Assembly (NCBI RefSeq): GCF_020073745.1
Contig: NZ_JAIRAU010000002.1
Span: 17,694 to 81,693, forward strand
Reading direction: 5' to 3'
From: Nannocystis pusilla
GTDB lineage: Bacteria > Myxococcota_A > Polyangia > Nannocystales > Nannocystaceae
Length of the DNA: 64,000 nucleotides
Shown: positions 1-10,581 of the stretch, piece by piece
Layout of the letters: every line of letters begins with the position of its first letter
Numbering within the stretch: the first letter of the stretch is position 1
Made by a program: the position numbers and the translations under genes
The notes under the pieces: model-generated
The model's database searches: none
The model's input: the letters and a program-made list of their open reading frames with translations, nothing else
Told to the model about the DNA's origin: nothing

Positions 1-2
1 AG

Positions 3-168
3 GTGCTCGTGGCCGCCAACGCCGCGCTCGGCGGTTGCCCTGCGGCGCTCTCCGCCTCCGAGCTCAGCGATTGCGCGGCGAAGATCAACCAGGCGTACGT
101 CGACGGCAAGGCAGAGGTCTGCAGCGGGACGCTTGAGATCCCAACCCCGACCCCGATCCCCGGTTGAT
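3..168 (+). CDS. 3' end of an upstream gene (partial, C-terminal ~55 aa; ...CAAKINQAYVDGKAEVCSGTLEIPTPTPIPG*)
   Basis: Open frame from the window edge to the TGA at 166-168, with high third-position GC. No domain recognised. Confidence 0.3.
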
Positions 169-341
169 CGGGAGGCCTGCCCTGGCCCGCGCGTCGCGGT
201 GGGGCCGCGCGCGCGGCGAGGATTGACCGCTGCGCCTTCGAGCCGTGACACTGTCCTCGTCGGCCGGCGACCCCCCCGCGAGCTGATTCTCGAAGGTCGC
301 GCGACCACTCGCCTGCGGCATGCAACCGGCACGGTGTCCTC

Positions 342-1373
342 GTGAACAACGCAGCATCCCCGTCCACTCCCCCCGCTGACGCACCGCCGACCGCATGGAT
401 CGGGTACACGCTCGACGGTCGTTATCGCCTCCGGGAGCTCCTCGGCGAGGGCGGCATGGGGGCCGTGTTCACGGCGGAGCAGATCAGCCTCCACACGCTC
501 GTGGCGGTCAAGATGATCCACGCCGAGTACACGGGGAACGCTGAGATCTCCGAGAGGTTCCGCCGCGAGGCGATGGCGACGGCGAAGATCGATCACCCGA
601 ACGTGACCCGCGCGATCGACTTCGGCCGTCTACCGACCGGTGGGGCATACCTCGTCACGCAGTTGGTCCGCGGACCGACGCTGACCCAAACGATTGCCGC
701 CGGGAAACTGCCCTGGCGGAGGGCGTGCGAGATCGGGTTTCAGATCGCCGACGCGCTCGTGGCGGCTCACGGCGCGGGTATCATCCACCGCGATCTGAAG
801 CCCGACAACATCCTCCTCGAACGGCGCGAGGACACGTCGGTGGTCAAGGTCCTCGACTTCGGGCTGGCCCGCCTGGCCGAAGGGCCAGGCGCGACCCCAT
901 TGACGCGCCTCGGCACGGTGATGGGCACGCCCGGTTACATGGCGCCCGAGCAGGGCGCGGGCGAACCGACCGACGAGCGCACGGACCTGTACGCGCTGGG
1001 CGTCATCCTCTGGGAGGGCCTCGCGGGCCGGGAGCTGTGGGACGGCGGCGAGCTGTCGGACATCCTGCTCCGTCAGCTCTCGCAGCCACCGCCGTCGCTG
1101 GCCGCCGAGATTCCAGATCTGCCGCCCGAACTCGATCGCCTGCTCCTCAAGTTGCTCGCGCGCGAAGCTCGCGACCGCCCGCAGACCGCTCGCGAGGTCC
1201 GAGACGCCCTGCGGGCCTTGGCTCATCGTCCGACGCAGGCAGTCGTGGCGCCCACGCCCACGCCCGCGCCCACGCCCACGCCGCCTCCGTCGAACCGAGG
1301 TTTGGTCGGCTTCCTCGCGGTGTTCGCCGGCCTGGCCCTGCTCGTCATCGTGCTCTGGGCGGTGCGGCAGTAG
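342..1373 (+). CDS. Hanks-type Ser/Thr protein kinase with a C-terminal TM anchor
   Basis: Glycine loop LGEGGMGAVF, VAVK lysine, catalytic loop HRDLKPDNILL, DFGLAR and GTPGYMAPEQ. A PTPTPAPTPTPP linker is followed by a hydrophobic C-terminal helix. The ORF opens with GTG. Confidence 0.9.
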   Translation: MNNAASPSTPPADAPPTAWIGYTLDGRYRLRELLGEGGMGAVFTAEQISLHTLVAVKMIHAEYTGNAEISERFRREAMATAKIDHPNVTRAIDFGRLPTGGAYLVTQLVRGPTLTQTIAAGKLPWRRACEIGFQIADALVAAHGAGIIHRDLKPDNILLERREDTSVVKVLDFGLARLAEGPGATPLTRLGTVMGTPGYMAPEQGAGEPTDERTDLYALGVILWEGLAGRELWDGGELSDILLRQLSQPPPSLAAEIPDLPPELDRLLLKLLAREARDRPQTAREVRDALRALAHRPTQAVVAPTPTPAPTPTPPPSNRGLVGFLAVFAGLALLVIVLWAVRQ

Positions 1374-1442
1374 TGGGAAGGGTCGGCAAGACGCCACGAA
1401 AGTGACGCCGCACCTCCTGGGGGTGTTGCAGCCGCGTCTCGA

Positions 1443-3011
1443 TCATCCGGAGGTCTCTGCCTCGAAGCGAGCGATCGCTCGCGCGAGATCGTCGCGGAGG
1501 CACTCGAGACAGTCGTAGCGGACGACCCACTTGCGACAGGAGTCCTTCGGCGTACGGGCGATGATCTTGAGGGCGGAGAGCGCTCGAACATCGCCGGCTG
1601 CTTCGATCCGCGCGAGCGCATCCTTCTTCGCGGCACACTTGCTGGCGCGCTCGAGCTCGGCGAGGTCGCGGAGATACTCGGGGATCGCGGCCTTCGCCGG
1701 CGCGCCGGCGATCGCCGCGCTGGCCAGCCGGCGCGCTTCGGGATAGGTGCTGCCGAGCAACATCCTGACGTCGTCGGCGTACGCGGCGGGCGCTTCGGCG
1801 ACGAGCTCGTCGATCGTGGCCCGACCGCGAGGAGCAGACGTCTCGGCGCTCTCGGACTCCTCGGGTGCCGCGTCGCCTCGGCTGGCGGACCACGCGACGA
1901 ACCCGAGCAGGACGAGCGCAGAGGCTCCCACGAACCACCGGCCAGGCGACGCTCGCCGGTTCGCGGAGCTCCGCGAGTCGGCGCCTGTGCTGGCTGCTGT
2001 TCCGCCCGGCCGGACGTCCGGGAGCGTGACGTCGCCGGGAGTCGGCTTTACGCCCGCGGGCAGGGACGTGGCCGCGGGATGGAGAGGCGGGGCGGCGGCT
2101 CGTTCGCCGTCGAACGCGAGTCGCCGCAGCTCGTCGCGGGCGGTCGCTGCCGACGCCAGGCGCTCCGCGGTCGAGCGCGCGAGCAGCCGCTCGAGCAGCT
2201 CTGCGAGCCCGTCGGGGACATCGCCGCGCAGGCTCGGTGCGCTGCGCGTGAGCTGCCGCGAGAACACCTCTGTCACCGAGTCGCCCTGCCACAGTTGTTG
2301 GCCTGTGCAGCACTCCCACAGGACCACGCCGAGGGCGTAGAGGTCGACGCGGTGATCGACCTGACCGCCGACTGCCTGCTCAGGCGCCATGTACCCCGGC
2401 GTCCCGATGACCGCGCCCATGCGCGTGAGCGGTTGCGCGGCGTCGGCGACGCCTCCGCCGAGCTCGCCGGAGACCCGGGCGATCCCGAAGTCGACCACCC
2501 GCGCGTGCAGCGATCCGTCGCCGCGTTGCTCGAGCAAGATGTTGTCGGGCTTGAGGTCGCGGTGAACGATCCCGAGCGCGTGCGCGGCCGCCAGGGCGTC
2601 CGCGACCTGGCTGCCGAGCTGGCACACCTGCGGCCACGAGAGCGGTCCCTGCGCGAGACGCTTGCTCAGGCTCGTGCCCCGGACGAGCTGGATCACCAGG
2701 TACGCGCCGCCCTCGGGCAGGTGCCCGTAGTCGATCGCGCTGGCGACGTGGGGGTGGTCGAGCTGGGCGGTCGCCAGCGCCTCACGGGTGAAGCGAGCCT
2801 CGGCCTGGCTGTTCGCGGCGAACTCGGCGCGGATGGTCTTGAGCGCGACCTGCTTGCGCAGCTTCAGGTGCTCGGCGACGAACACCGCGCCCATGCCACC
2901 CTCACCGAGCAGCTCGACGACCCGGTAACGACCGTCGATCACGCGGCCGATCCAGCGCGCCGCCGGACCGTCGGCCGCGGACGCCGGCAAATTCGGGGGG
3001 GTCGTCGGCAT
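1443..3011 (-). CDS. Hanks-type Ser/Thr protein kinase with a TM segment and C-terminal extracytoplasmic domain
   Basis: LGEGGMGAVFVAEH, VALK, HRDLKPDNILL, DFGIARV and GTPGYMAPEQ. A hydrophobic segment (FVGASALVLLGFVAWSA) precedes a ~150-aa C-terminal domain. Confidence 0.9.
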   Translation of the reverse strand: MPTTPPNLPASAADGPAARWIGRVIDGRYRVVELLGEGGMGAVFVAEHLKLRKQVALKTIRAEFAANSQAEARFTREALATAQLDHPHVASAIDYGHLPEGGAYLVIQLVRGTSLSKRLAQGPLSWPQVCQLGSQVADALAAAHALGIVHRDLKPDNILLEQRGDGSLHARVVDFGIARVSGELGGGVADAAQPLTRMGAVIGTPGYMAPEQAVGGQVDHRVDLYALGVVLWECCTGQQLWQGDSVTEVFSRQLTRSAPSLRGDVPDGLAELLERLLARSTAERLASAATARDELRRLAFDGERAAAPPLHPAATSLPAGVKPTPGDVTLPDVRPGGTAASTGADSRSSANRRASPGRWFVGASALVLLGFVAWSASRGDAAPEESESAETSAPRGRATIDELVAEAPAAYADDVRMLLGSTYPEARRLASAAIAGAPAKAAIPEYLRDLAELERASKCAAKKDALARIEAAGDVRALSALKIIARTPKDSCRKWVVRYDCLECLRDDLARAIARFEAETSG

Positions 3012-3071
3012 CGGGCCGCGAGACTATACCCCGAGCGGCGATCGAGTACGCCGCAGCGTTCGTCGCTTGTC

Positions 3072-3953
3072 CTAAAGCTCGCACTGACCCGGCGGCGGCG
3101 CCTCGATCGGCGGCACGCCGTAATTGTCGAGCAATGTCGCGTTGCTGGACGGCACCGTCGTCGGCCCGCAGAAGATGTTGCGCAGGTACGCCCCCGCCTG
3201 CCCGGTGATGCTCGTGGCCCCGAACACGCGCGAGAAGCTGATCCCGAAGTTGTTGCCCTTGGCGGCGAGGTCGCCGGTGATGGTGACGCCGCGCATCCGC
3301 ACGCCGTTGCCTTCGGCCGACACCGAGCCGTCGATGACGACCTCGTAGTCGCCCCAGCCCTCGCCGAAGACGACCACATCGGTGCCCTTGATCACGAGAT
3401 CGCCGACGTACACGCCCGGCCCGAGCACGACGACGACGTTGTCCTCCTCGAGCGTGGTGGCGATCTCCGACAGCCCCGTGACCGGGTCGAAGAAGATCGC
3501 GCCGCCGCCCTCGCCGACGGCGTAGCGGATCGGCGTGTTGGCGAAGTACGCGGTGGCGCCGCCGTCGAACGCGATGGGCGCGTCGTACACATCACCCGCG
3601 GCGTCGACGTCGAGGCCGAGCGTCGCCGGGCCGACGTGGAGGTCGATCGACGCGACCGGCACGTCGGCGACCGCGAGTCCGTCCACTGTAACGGCGGCGC
3701 CGCCGGGCTCCGGATCGACATCGACTCCGTCGCGCACATCGCCGAGCTCGCCTGGCACACCGGTGTTGTGCGGGCTGTTGACCACCGGGTTGACGACCGC
3801 GACGACGACGGTGCTGCCTGCCGGGACATCGGCCGTGTCGCCCGCGGTGTGACCTGCGGTGTCGGTCGAGACGTCGAGGTGCTGGTCGCCGCAGCCGAGA
3901 GCGGCCGCGAGGAGCGCAGCAGGAAGGAGCCTCATGGCGCGGATGTGCTTCAC
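3072..3953 (-). CDS. Secreted lipoprotein, possibly beta-helix fold
   Basis: Signal peptide with lipobox LAAALGC. Repetitive G/D/V-rich beta-strand-like segments (VVIDGSVSAEGNGVRMRGVTITGDL). No catalytic motif recognised. Confidence 0.55.
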   Translation of the reverse strand: MKHIRAMRLLPAALLAAALGCGDQHLDVSTDTAGHTAGDTADVPAGSTVVVAVVNPVVNSPHNTGVPGELGDVRDGVDVDPEPGGAAVTVDGLAVADVPVASIDLHVGPATLGLDVDAAGDVYDAPIAFDGGATAYFANTPIRYAVGEGGGAIFFDPVTGLSEIATTLEEDNVVVVLGPGVYVGDLVIKGTDVVVFGEGWGDYEVVIDGSVSAEGNGVRMRGVTITGDLAAKGNNFGISFSRVFGATSITGQAGAYLRNIFCGPTTVPSSNATLLDNYGVPPIEAPPPGQCEL

Positions 3954-4057
3954 GGCGCTTGGAGCGGTCTGCTCGCCGTTTTTCCAAGCGACGCGGCTTG
4001 CGCATGCCCGCCCACTGCCGGTAGCAAGCGCGAGCCCTCCGCGGGTACACTGACGCC

Positions 4058-5080
<1,023 letters not shown>

Positions 5081-5276
5081 TCAGCGACCGTCGCGCTCAG
5101 GACGCGAACGGGTCCTCGTCGGCTGCCCCTCGCAGTTCTCCCCCGGAGAGATCGATGATTGCGCGACGCCGATCCACCAGTCTCCGCGACTCGGGCTGAC
5201 GAAATCATGGCATCGTTCGCTAGACCGCGTCGCCCCCGCCCTTGCGCGGCGGCGCGGGCTCTGCGACGCTCTGTGC

Positions 5277-6413
5277 ATGCTGAGCGGACTCGCGCCGGGG
5301 GTGCTCCTCGAAGATCGCCATCGCATCATCACCGCGGGCCTCGGTGGGGCGCGCGACCGCGGCGCAGGGGCCACGCCACTCTCCCCGCTCATCATGATGG
5401 CACAGGCGGGTCCTCCGACGCCCCCGCCTCCGGACAAGTGGAGCGAGCTCCTCAGCGAAGAGCCGTCGGCGCCGCCCGGACCACCTCCCGCGCCGCGCGT
5501 TCCAGCACCGCCACCGCCGGGTAAGCGACGGTCGCCTGGGCTCATCGCTGTCCTCGCGCTGCTCGGACTGGGTGTGGTCGCTTTCGGCGTTCGCATGGCG
5601 AGTCCGGACGGGGACGAACGAGCGGAGCCGCCGGCGGCAGCATCCGCGGCCCCGGAGAGCGCTGATTCGTCATCGCCGAACGATACGCCTCCGGCCGATT
5701 CGTCTCCGTCCAGGGCGGGAGAGCCCGGCGCGGGAGAGCCGCGAGCTGGAGAGCCCGGCGCGGGAGAGCCGGAAGCCGCAGAGCCGGGGTCTGAGAGGTC
5801 CGGGTCCGAGAAGTCCGGGTCGGGGCAATCCGAGTCCGAGAAGTCCGGGTCGGGGCAATCCGATTCCGAGAAGTCCGGGTCCGAGAAGTCCGGGTCGGGG
5901 CAATCCGGGTCCGAGCAATCCGGGTCCGAGAAATCCGAGTCCGGGCAATCTGGATCGGAGAAGTCCGAATCAGCGAACACTTCCGCAGCGAAGTCCGAAT
6001 CGGCGGAGACTCGGGAGGCCGATCGGCAGAAACAATCACGCGGTGAGGCGGAGCCCGCGGCGCAAAAGACCTCCGAGAAGGCGCCCGCCGACAAGGGCTC
6101 GTCGGAGTCGAGTCCCGCGAGCGAGCAAGGGCCGCCGCCGGCCATGCCGGATCCGCCGACCGAGCCCGAGCACCTGTTCCGCCCGCATCGCGACGCGATC
6201 GCCAAACAATGCAAAAATCCGCGCGGGCTCGCCAACGCGCTCGTCGTCCTGCGGATCACGATCGAGGGGACCCGGGTCGCGCACGCCGAGGCGAACTTCA
6301 GCGAAGACAGCGCTCGCCAGGCGGCCGCCGGCTGCATCGAAACATATCTGCTCACCAAGGTGAAAGTGCCGACGACCTACACGGGGTCGAGGAGCTTCTC
6401 GTACGCGTTTTGA
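5277..6413 (+). CDS. Membrane-anchored protein with a low-complexity (SGSEKSGSGQSE)n tandem-repeat region and a conserved C-terminal domain
   Basis: Pro-rich N-terminus, one TM helix (LIAVLALLGLGVVAFGV), degenerate SGSEKS/SGSGQS repeats encoded by 30-33-nt nucleotide tandem repeats (~5716-5975), then a non-repetitive C-terminal ~90 aa. The start could instead be the ATG at 5394 (MMAQAG). Confidence 0.55.
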   Translation: MLSGLAPGVLLEDRHRIITAGLGGARDRGAGATPLSPLIMMAQAGPPTPPPPDKWSELLSEEPSAPPGPPPAPRVPAPPPPGKRRSPGLIAVLALLGLGVVAFGVRMASPDGDERAEPPAAASAAPESADSSSPNDTPPADSSPSRAGEPGAGEPRAGEPGAGEPEAAEPGSERSGSEKSGSGQSESEKSGSGQSDSEKSGSEKSGSGQSGSEQSGSEKSESGQSGSEKSESANTSAAKSESAETREADRQKQSRGEAEPAAQKTSEKAPADKGSSESSPASEQGPPPAMPDPPTEPEHLFRPHRDAIAKQCKNPRGLANALVVLRITIEGTRVAHAEANFSEDSARQAAAGCIETYLLTKVKVPTTYTGSRSFSYAF

Positions 6414-6443
6414 CGCCGGGCTGCGGAGGCGTCGCGGACGGCT

Positions 6444-7151
6444 TCATCGGGTCGGTGCGGCGACCGGAGGTGTGAGCATGAGCCGCCGGCCCTCGAGGCG
6501 GGCGAGGAGCGCCGAGGCGAAGACCGTCAGGCCGACGAACTCGAGCGTCTCCTCGCACCAGTCGATCAGCGCGTAGCCGAAGCTGTCGTCGCCGTAGCGC
6601 TCGGTCCACCAGCCGAGCGGCAGCTCGAACAGCACCGCGCCGGTGACGTAGATCGCGCCCGCGAGGACGAATCGCCGGGCCGTCTCGGGGGACAGGCGCC
6701 GCAGGAAGCCCAGGAAGGCGAGGCCGAGCACCGTCACCAGGAAGCCGGCGGGGATGACCCAGTCGAAGTAGAGGACGCCGCCGACGTCGAACTGGCCGCT
6801 GAGCCGCTCGTGGAAGCCGACCGCCTCGTCGATCGAGATGAGCAGGAAGCCGAGCGCGAGCAGGCGCCAGAAGAAGCGGTCGCTAGCCTCGCCGGCGGCG
6901 ACCCAGGTCAGGAGCCCGGAGCACAGGAGCGGCAGGACGCTCGCGTACCACGACGGCATGTTGCCCTCGTAGCTGAGCGACCACAGGGAGATCGCCGGAC
7001 CTTCGTGCCCTCCGAGATGCCGCAGCAGCTCGACGGCCAGGCCCGCGAGGCTGAAGGCGATACTCGTGACGGCGAGGACCCGGCGCGCCACGAACACGGG
7101 AAGCTCGACCGTACCGGCTGGCGAACGCTCCTCTCCGACTTGCGACGACAT
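6444..7151 (-). CDS. Integral membrane protein, unknown function
   Basis: Five or six hydrophobic helices, high GC3, 235 aa. Confidence 0.55.
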   Translation of the reverse strand: MSSQVGEERSPAGTVELPVFVARRVLAVTSIAFSLAGLAVELLRHLGGHEGPAISLWSLSYEGNMPSWYASVLPLLCSGLLTWVAAGEASDRFFWRLLALGFLLISIDEAVGFHERLSGQFDVGGVLYFDWVIPAGFLVTVLGLAFLGFLRRLSPETARRFVLAGAIYVTGAVLFELPLGWWTERYGDDSFGYALIDWCEETLEFVGLTVFASALLARLEGRRLMLTPPVAAPTR

Positions 7152-7599
7152 ATGTCAATGATACCAGCCCGGGGTGTCTCCCTCGGGGCAGATGCGTGAC
7201 AGTTGGGCTTTGCGCTCTCACCGCCTGACCACGCGTCCGAGCAGGGTCCCACGGCTTCAGGACAACTCACGCCGGAAGCGGTGACCTCTTCCGCGGAGGG
7301 TGTCGATCATCCACGCGGGGGCGCCGAGCTTCTCAGGCAGGCGGTCGATCGGGACGCGACCTGTCGCTCAGGAGCCTGGTGGTGCCGGGATCGGAGCCGC
7401 GACCCGGGCGCGCGGTGGCGGCGAAACAGCCGGCGAAGCCGCGAGCAGGGTTCGCGCCCGGCCGGGTGAGGCAGGGCGACGCGGAGAAAGAAACCGAAGC
7501 CGTGCCCGGGCGGTCGGAGTGAGCTGGGGTTTCGCCGCAGCGTGCAGAGACAGGAATGACAGGACAGGGCCCGCGCGGGGATCCTCCGATTCGGAGACG

Positions 7600-8742
7600 A
7601 TGGTGATGCGACTGGACAGGTGCCTGATCGGTTGGCTGACGATATCCACCCTCGACGCGTTCGGCTGCGCGCCGGTCGCGGCCGCCAAGCCGGCCGCAGT
7701 GGCGCCCGCCGAGGCCAGCGGACCTGCGCGCGCCGTTCCGCCGCCGCGGCCGCCGAAGGGGCCGGACGGGCCGATCACGGCGGCCGAGCGCGACCAGGCG
7801 ATCGAGGCGATCGCGCGCGAGCTGACCGAGAAGTACGTGTTCCCGAAGAAGGCGACCGAGGTGGCGCGCGCGCTCCGGGCCCGCAAGAAGCGCGGCGAAT
7901 ACAATGGCATCACCACGGGCCACGCGCTGGCGACGGCGCTGACCGCCCATATCAACGAGGTGCTGTTCGACGCCCACTTCCACGTGCGGTTCAGCAAGGA
8001 GACGCTGCCGCCGCAGCGGCAGCCCGGGCCGCCGTCGGCCGAGGATCTGGCGCGCTACGAGGCGTTCGCCAACCAGGTGAACGGCGGGTTCGAGCGGGTC
8101 GAGCGGCTGCCGGGCAACCTCGGCTACGTCGAGGTGCGGTCGTTCGAGTTCCCGGGGCGCGGCTTCACGGCGGCGAGCGCTGCGATGGACTTCGTGGCGG
8201 AGACCGACGGGCTCATCATCGACCTCCGTCGCAACGGCGGCGGGGCGCCCGAGGTGGTGGCGTACCTCTGCAGCTACTTCTTCGACGAGCCGGTGCACCT
8301 CAACGACCTGTACTTCCGGCCAGCCGACGCGACGCGCCAGTTCTGGACGGCGCCGGTGCCGGGCAAGGCGTATGTCGACCGCGAGATCTACGTGCTCACC
8401 AGCAAGAACACCGGGTCGGCGGCGGAGGAGTTCGCCTACAACCTGCAGAACCTCAAGCGCGCGACGATCGTCGGCGAGGTGACGTGGGGCGGGGCCAACC
8501 CCGGCGACATGGTCCGCCTCGGCGACCACTTCGCGGCGTTCGTGCCGACCGGACGCGCGATCAACCCGATCTCGAAGACGAACTGGGAGGGCGTCGGCGT
8601 GAAGCCCGACGTCGCGGTGCCGGCCGACGACGCGCTGCGCGTGGCCCAGGTCAAGCTGCTCGAGAGGCAGGTGGCGAAGGCGACGGACCCGCAGGCGAAG
8701 GAGACGCTCGAGGCGCGGCTGCGCGAGCTGCAGGCGAATTGA
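7600..8742 (+). CDS. S41 family peptidase (C-terminal processing protease / IRBP-like), secreted
   Basis: Signal peptide (MVMRLDRCLIGWLTISTLDAFGCAP). S41 signatures IIDLRRNGGGAPEVV and YVLTSKNTGSAAEEFAY. GGAGA RBS 5 nt before the ATG at 7600. The track ORF extends to 7300 but the upstream part is low-complexity. Confidence 0.8.
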   Translation: MVMRLDRCLIGWLTISTLDAFGCAPVAAAKPAAVAPAEASGPARAVPPPRPPKGPDGPITAAERDQAIEAIARELTEKYVFPKKATEVARALRARKKRGEYNGITTGHALATALTAHINEVLFDAHFHVRFSKETLPPQRQPGPPSAEDLARYEAFANQVNGGFERVERLPGNLGYVEVRSFEFPGRGFTAASAAMDFVAETDGLIIDLRRNGGGAPEVVAYLCSYFFDEPVHLNDLYFRPADATRQFWTAPVPGKAYVDREIYVLTSKNTGSAAEEFAYNLQNLKRATIVGEVTWGGANPGDMVRLGDHFAAFVPTGRAINPISKTNWEGVGVKPDVAVPADDALRVAQVKLLERQVAKATDPQAKETLEARLRELQAN

Positions 8743-8863
8743 GGGGGCGTCTTCGGTAGGCCGCCCCGCCAGGGAACGACGCGCGTGAAGGACGAGCCCG
8801 AGCTGGTGCGAGGGTCCGCGGCGGGGAATGAAACGCCGTCGATGACGAGAGGTGGGGTGTCGC

Positions 8864-9460
8864 TCAGGCGAAGAGCAGGGCCATCATGTGGTCGTCGACG
8901 AGCGCGCCGTCGTCGCGGAGGACGAACGCGCGGCGGGTGCCCTCGAGGCGGAAGCCGAGCGCGTGGTACAGGGCGAGGGCGCGGTGGTTGTCGGCGCGGG
9001 TGTAGAGCTCGACGCGGAGGACGCGGCCGCCGTCGGGGTCGCGGTGGTCGCGGGCCCAGGCGAGGAGATGGGTGAGCAGCGCGCGCCCGAGGCCGCGGCC
9101 CTGCGCGCGCGGGTGGACGCCCATGCCGAGGACGGCGACGTGGCGGAGCATGCGGAACGGCAGGCGCACCAGCGACGCCTCGCCCAGCAATTCGCCGTCG
9201 TCCTGGGCGGCGACGAGGGCGAAAGCGGCGCCGGAATTGGCGCGCTTCTCGGCGTACGCGGCGAGGTCGGGCGGCAGCTCGTCGGGGTACTTCACGACGC
9301 CGTCGCGGGCGTCCACGATGGCCTGCTCGAGCGCGTACAGGCCCGCGTCGTCGCCCTCGGCGGCGGCCCGGAGGGTGCAGCGACGACCGTCGGTGAGCTG
9401 GACGGTGACTGGCGCGAAGGACATGACGGACATGGAGGCGTGGTCGGGCGAGGCTGTCAA
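8864..9460 (-). CDS. GNAT family N-acetyltransferase (last gene of the RiPP-like operon)
   Basis: GNAT motif VHPRAQGRGLGRALLTHLL and C-terminal YHALGFRLEG. Its start overlaps the stop of the upstream TldD-like gene by 4 nt. Confidence 0.75.
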   Translation of the reverse strand: MTASPDHASMSVMSFAPVTVQLTDGRRCTLRAAAEGDDAGLYALEQAIVDARDGVVKYPDELPPDLAAYAEKRANSGAAFALVAAQDDGELLGEASLVRLPFRMLRHVAVLGMGVHPRAQGRGLGRALLTHLLAWARDHRDPDGGRVLRVELYTRADNHRALALYHALGFRLEGTRRAFVLRDDGALVDDHMMALLFA

Positions 9461-10581
9461 GGGCGGGCGATCGGGCGCAGGGTGGCGGCGCTCAGGGCCA
9501 GGTGCGGGGCGCCCTGGCTGACGGGCAGGTTGTTCTGGCCGTCCTTGTCGCAGCCGAGCGCGGAGTCGAAGAAGGTGAGGTCGTCGGCGATGCCGGCGAG
9601 CCGGGCGAGCGTGGCGAGCTTGTCACCGACGAGGTCGAAGCGGCGCAGGACCTCGCCGGTCGGCCGGCCGTCGCGGATCCGCAGGCCATACGCGGGGCGG
9701 AGGACGAACTCGCGGCCGGCCGAGCCGCCGCCGATCACGCCGCGGCAATAGATGGCGTCGGCCTGGTCCGCGAGCAGGGCCGCCGGCGACCGCCCGCCGG
9801 GCTCGACGTAGGTCACCGCCATGCGCGGGATGGCGGGCGCGTCGCCGACCCGCCGCGCGTGACCCGAGCTGTCGACGCCGAGCTGCCGGGCGCTGGCGCG
9901 GCTGTGCAGCAGGCCGCACCAGACGCCGTCGCGCACGAGCGAGGTGGCGCGCGCCGGGACGCCCTCGTCGTCGACGTCATAGCCGCCGACGCGACCGGCG
10001 AGGCGCGGATCGTCGACCACGTGGAGCGGCAGCTCGGTCCAGCGGTGCCCGAGCTGGATCCCCGCGGGGGCCATGTACGCGGCGTAGTTGTCGGCCTCGG
10101 AGCTGTGGCCGATGCACTCGTGCACCAGCGTGGACGCGAGCCACGGGTCGAGGACCACGGGGCAGCGCGTGACCTCGGCGAGCGGGACGCCGTCGACGGC
10201 GGCCCGCACCTCGCCGGTGATCGCGTCGCTTGCGAGCGCGGCGTGGAGCTGGCGGGCCAGCGCGTCGGTGGCGGCCTCGGGGACGCAGGTGTGCCAGACG
10301 ACGGGGATCCGCGAGCGCGAACCGGCGACGACGAGCCGGATCACGAGGGCGGTGTGCGCGACGCATGCGTCGCCGCGGAGCCGCGCGCGCGACTCGAGCG
10401 AGAGCTCGTGCGTGACGACCTCGGGGCCGAGCGTGGCGGCGAGCGCGAGCTGCAGCGCCTCGGCGGCAGCGGCGAGCTCGGACCAGGCGAGCAGCCCGGG
10501 GTGCTCGTGCGTCGCGCCGAACCACCGCGGCGCGGCGCCGCGGGCCAGGAGCACGCTGCGGTGGAGGCGGACGTCGGTCAT
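9457..10581 (-). CDS. TldD/PmbA family metallopeptidase-like protein
   Basis: HECIGHSSE metal-binding-like motif and the C-terminal family signature GCDKDGQNNLPVSQGAPHL (GxC-K-GQxxPVSxGxP). Translationally coupled on both sides. Confidence 0.6.
   Translation of the reverse strand: MTDVRLHRSVLLARGAAPRWFGATHEHPGLLAWSELAAAAEALQLALAATLGPEVVTHELSLESRARLRGDACVAHTALVIRLVVAGSRSRIPVVWHTCVPEAATDALARQLHAALASDAITGEVRAAVDGVPLAEVTRCPVVLDPWLASTLVHECIGHSSEADNYAAYMAPAGIQLGHRWTELPLHVVDDPRLAGRVGGYDVDDEGVPARATSLVRDGVWCGLLHSRASARQLGVDSSGHARRVGDAPAIPRMAVTYVEPGGRSPAALLADQADAIYCRGVIGGGSAGREFVLRPAYGLRIRDGRPTGEVLRRFDLVGDKLATLARLAGIADDLTFFDSALGCDKDGQNNLPVSQGAPHLALSAATLRPIARP

Noticed and set aside
5081-6358. 425-aa minus-strand ORF antisense to the SGSEKS repeat protein
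   Set aside because: Its N-terminus is non-protein-like and it has no TM or domain logic, so the plus strand is preferred. The repeats make both frames open.
7300-7599. Upstream extension of the S41 peptidase ORF
   Set aside because: It is low-complexity. The signal peptide and an RBS sit at the 7600 start.
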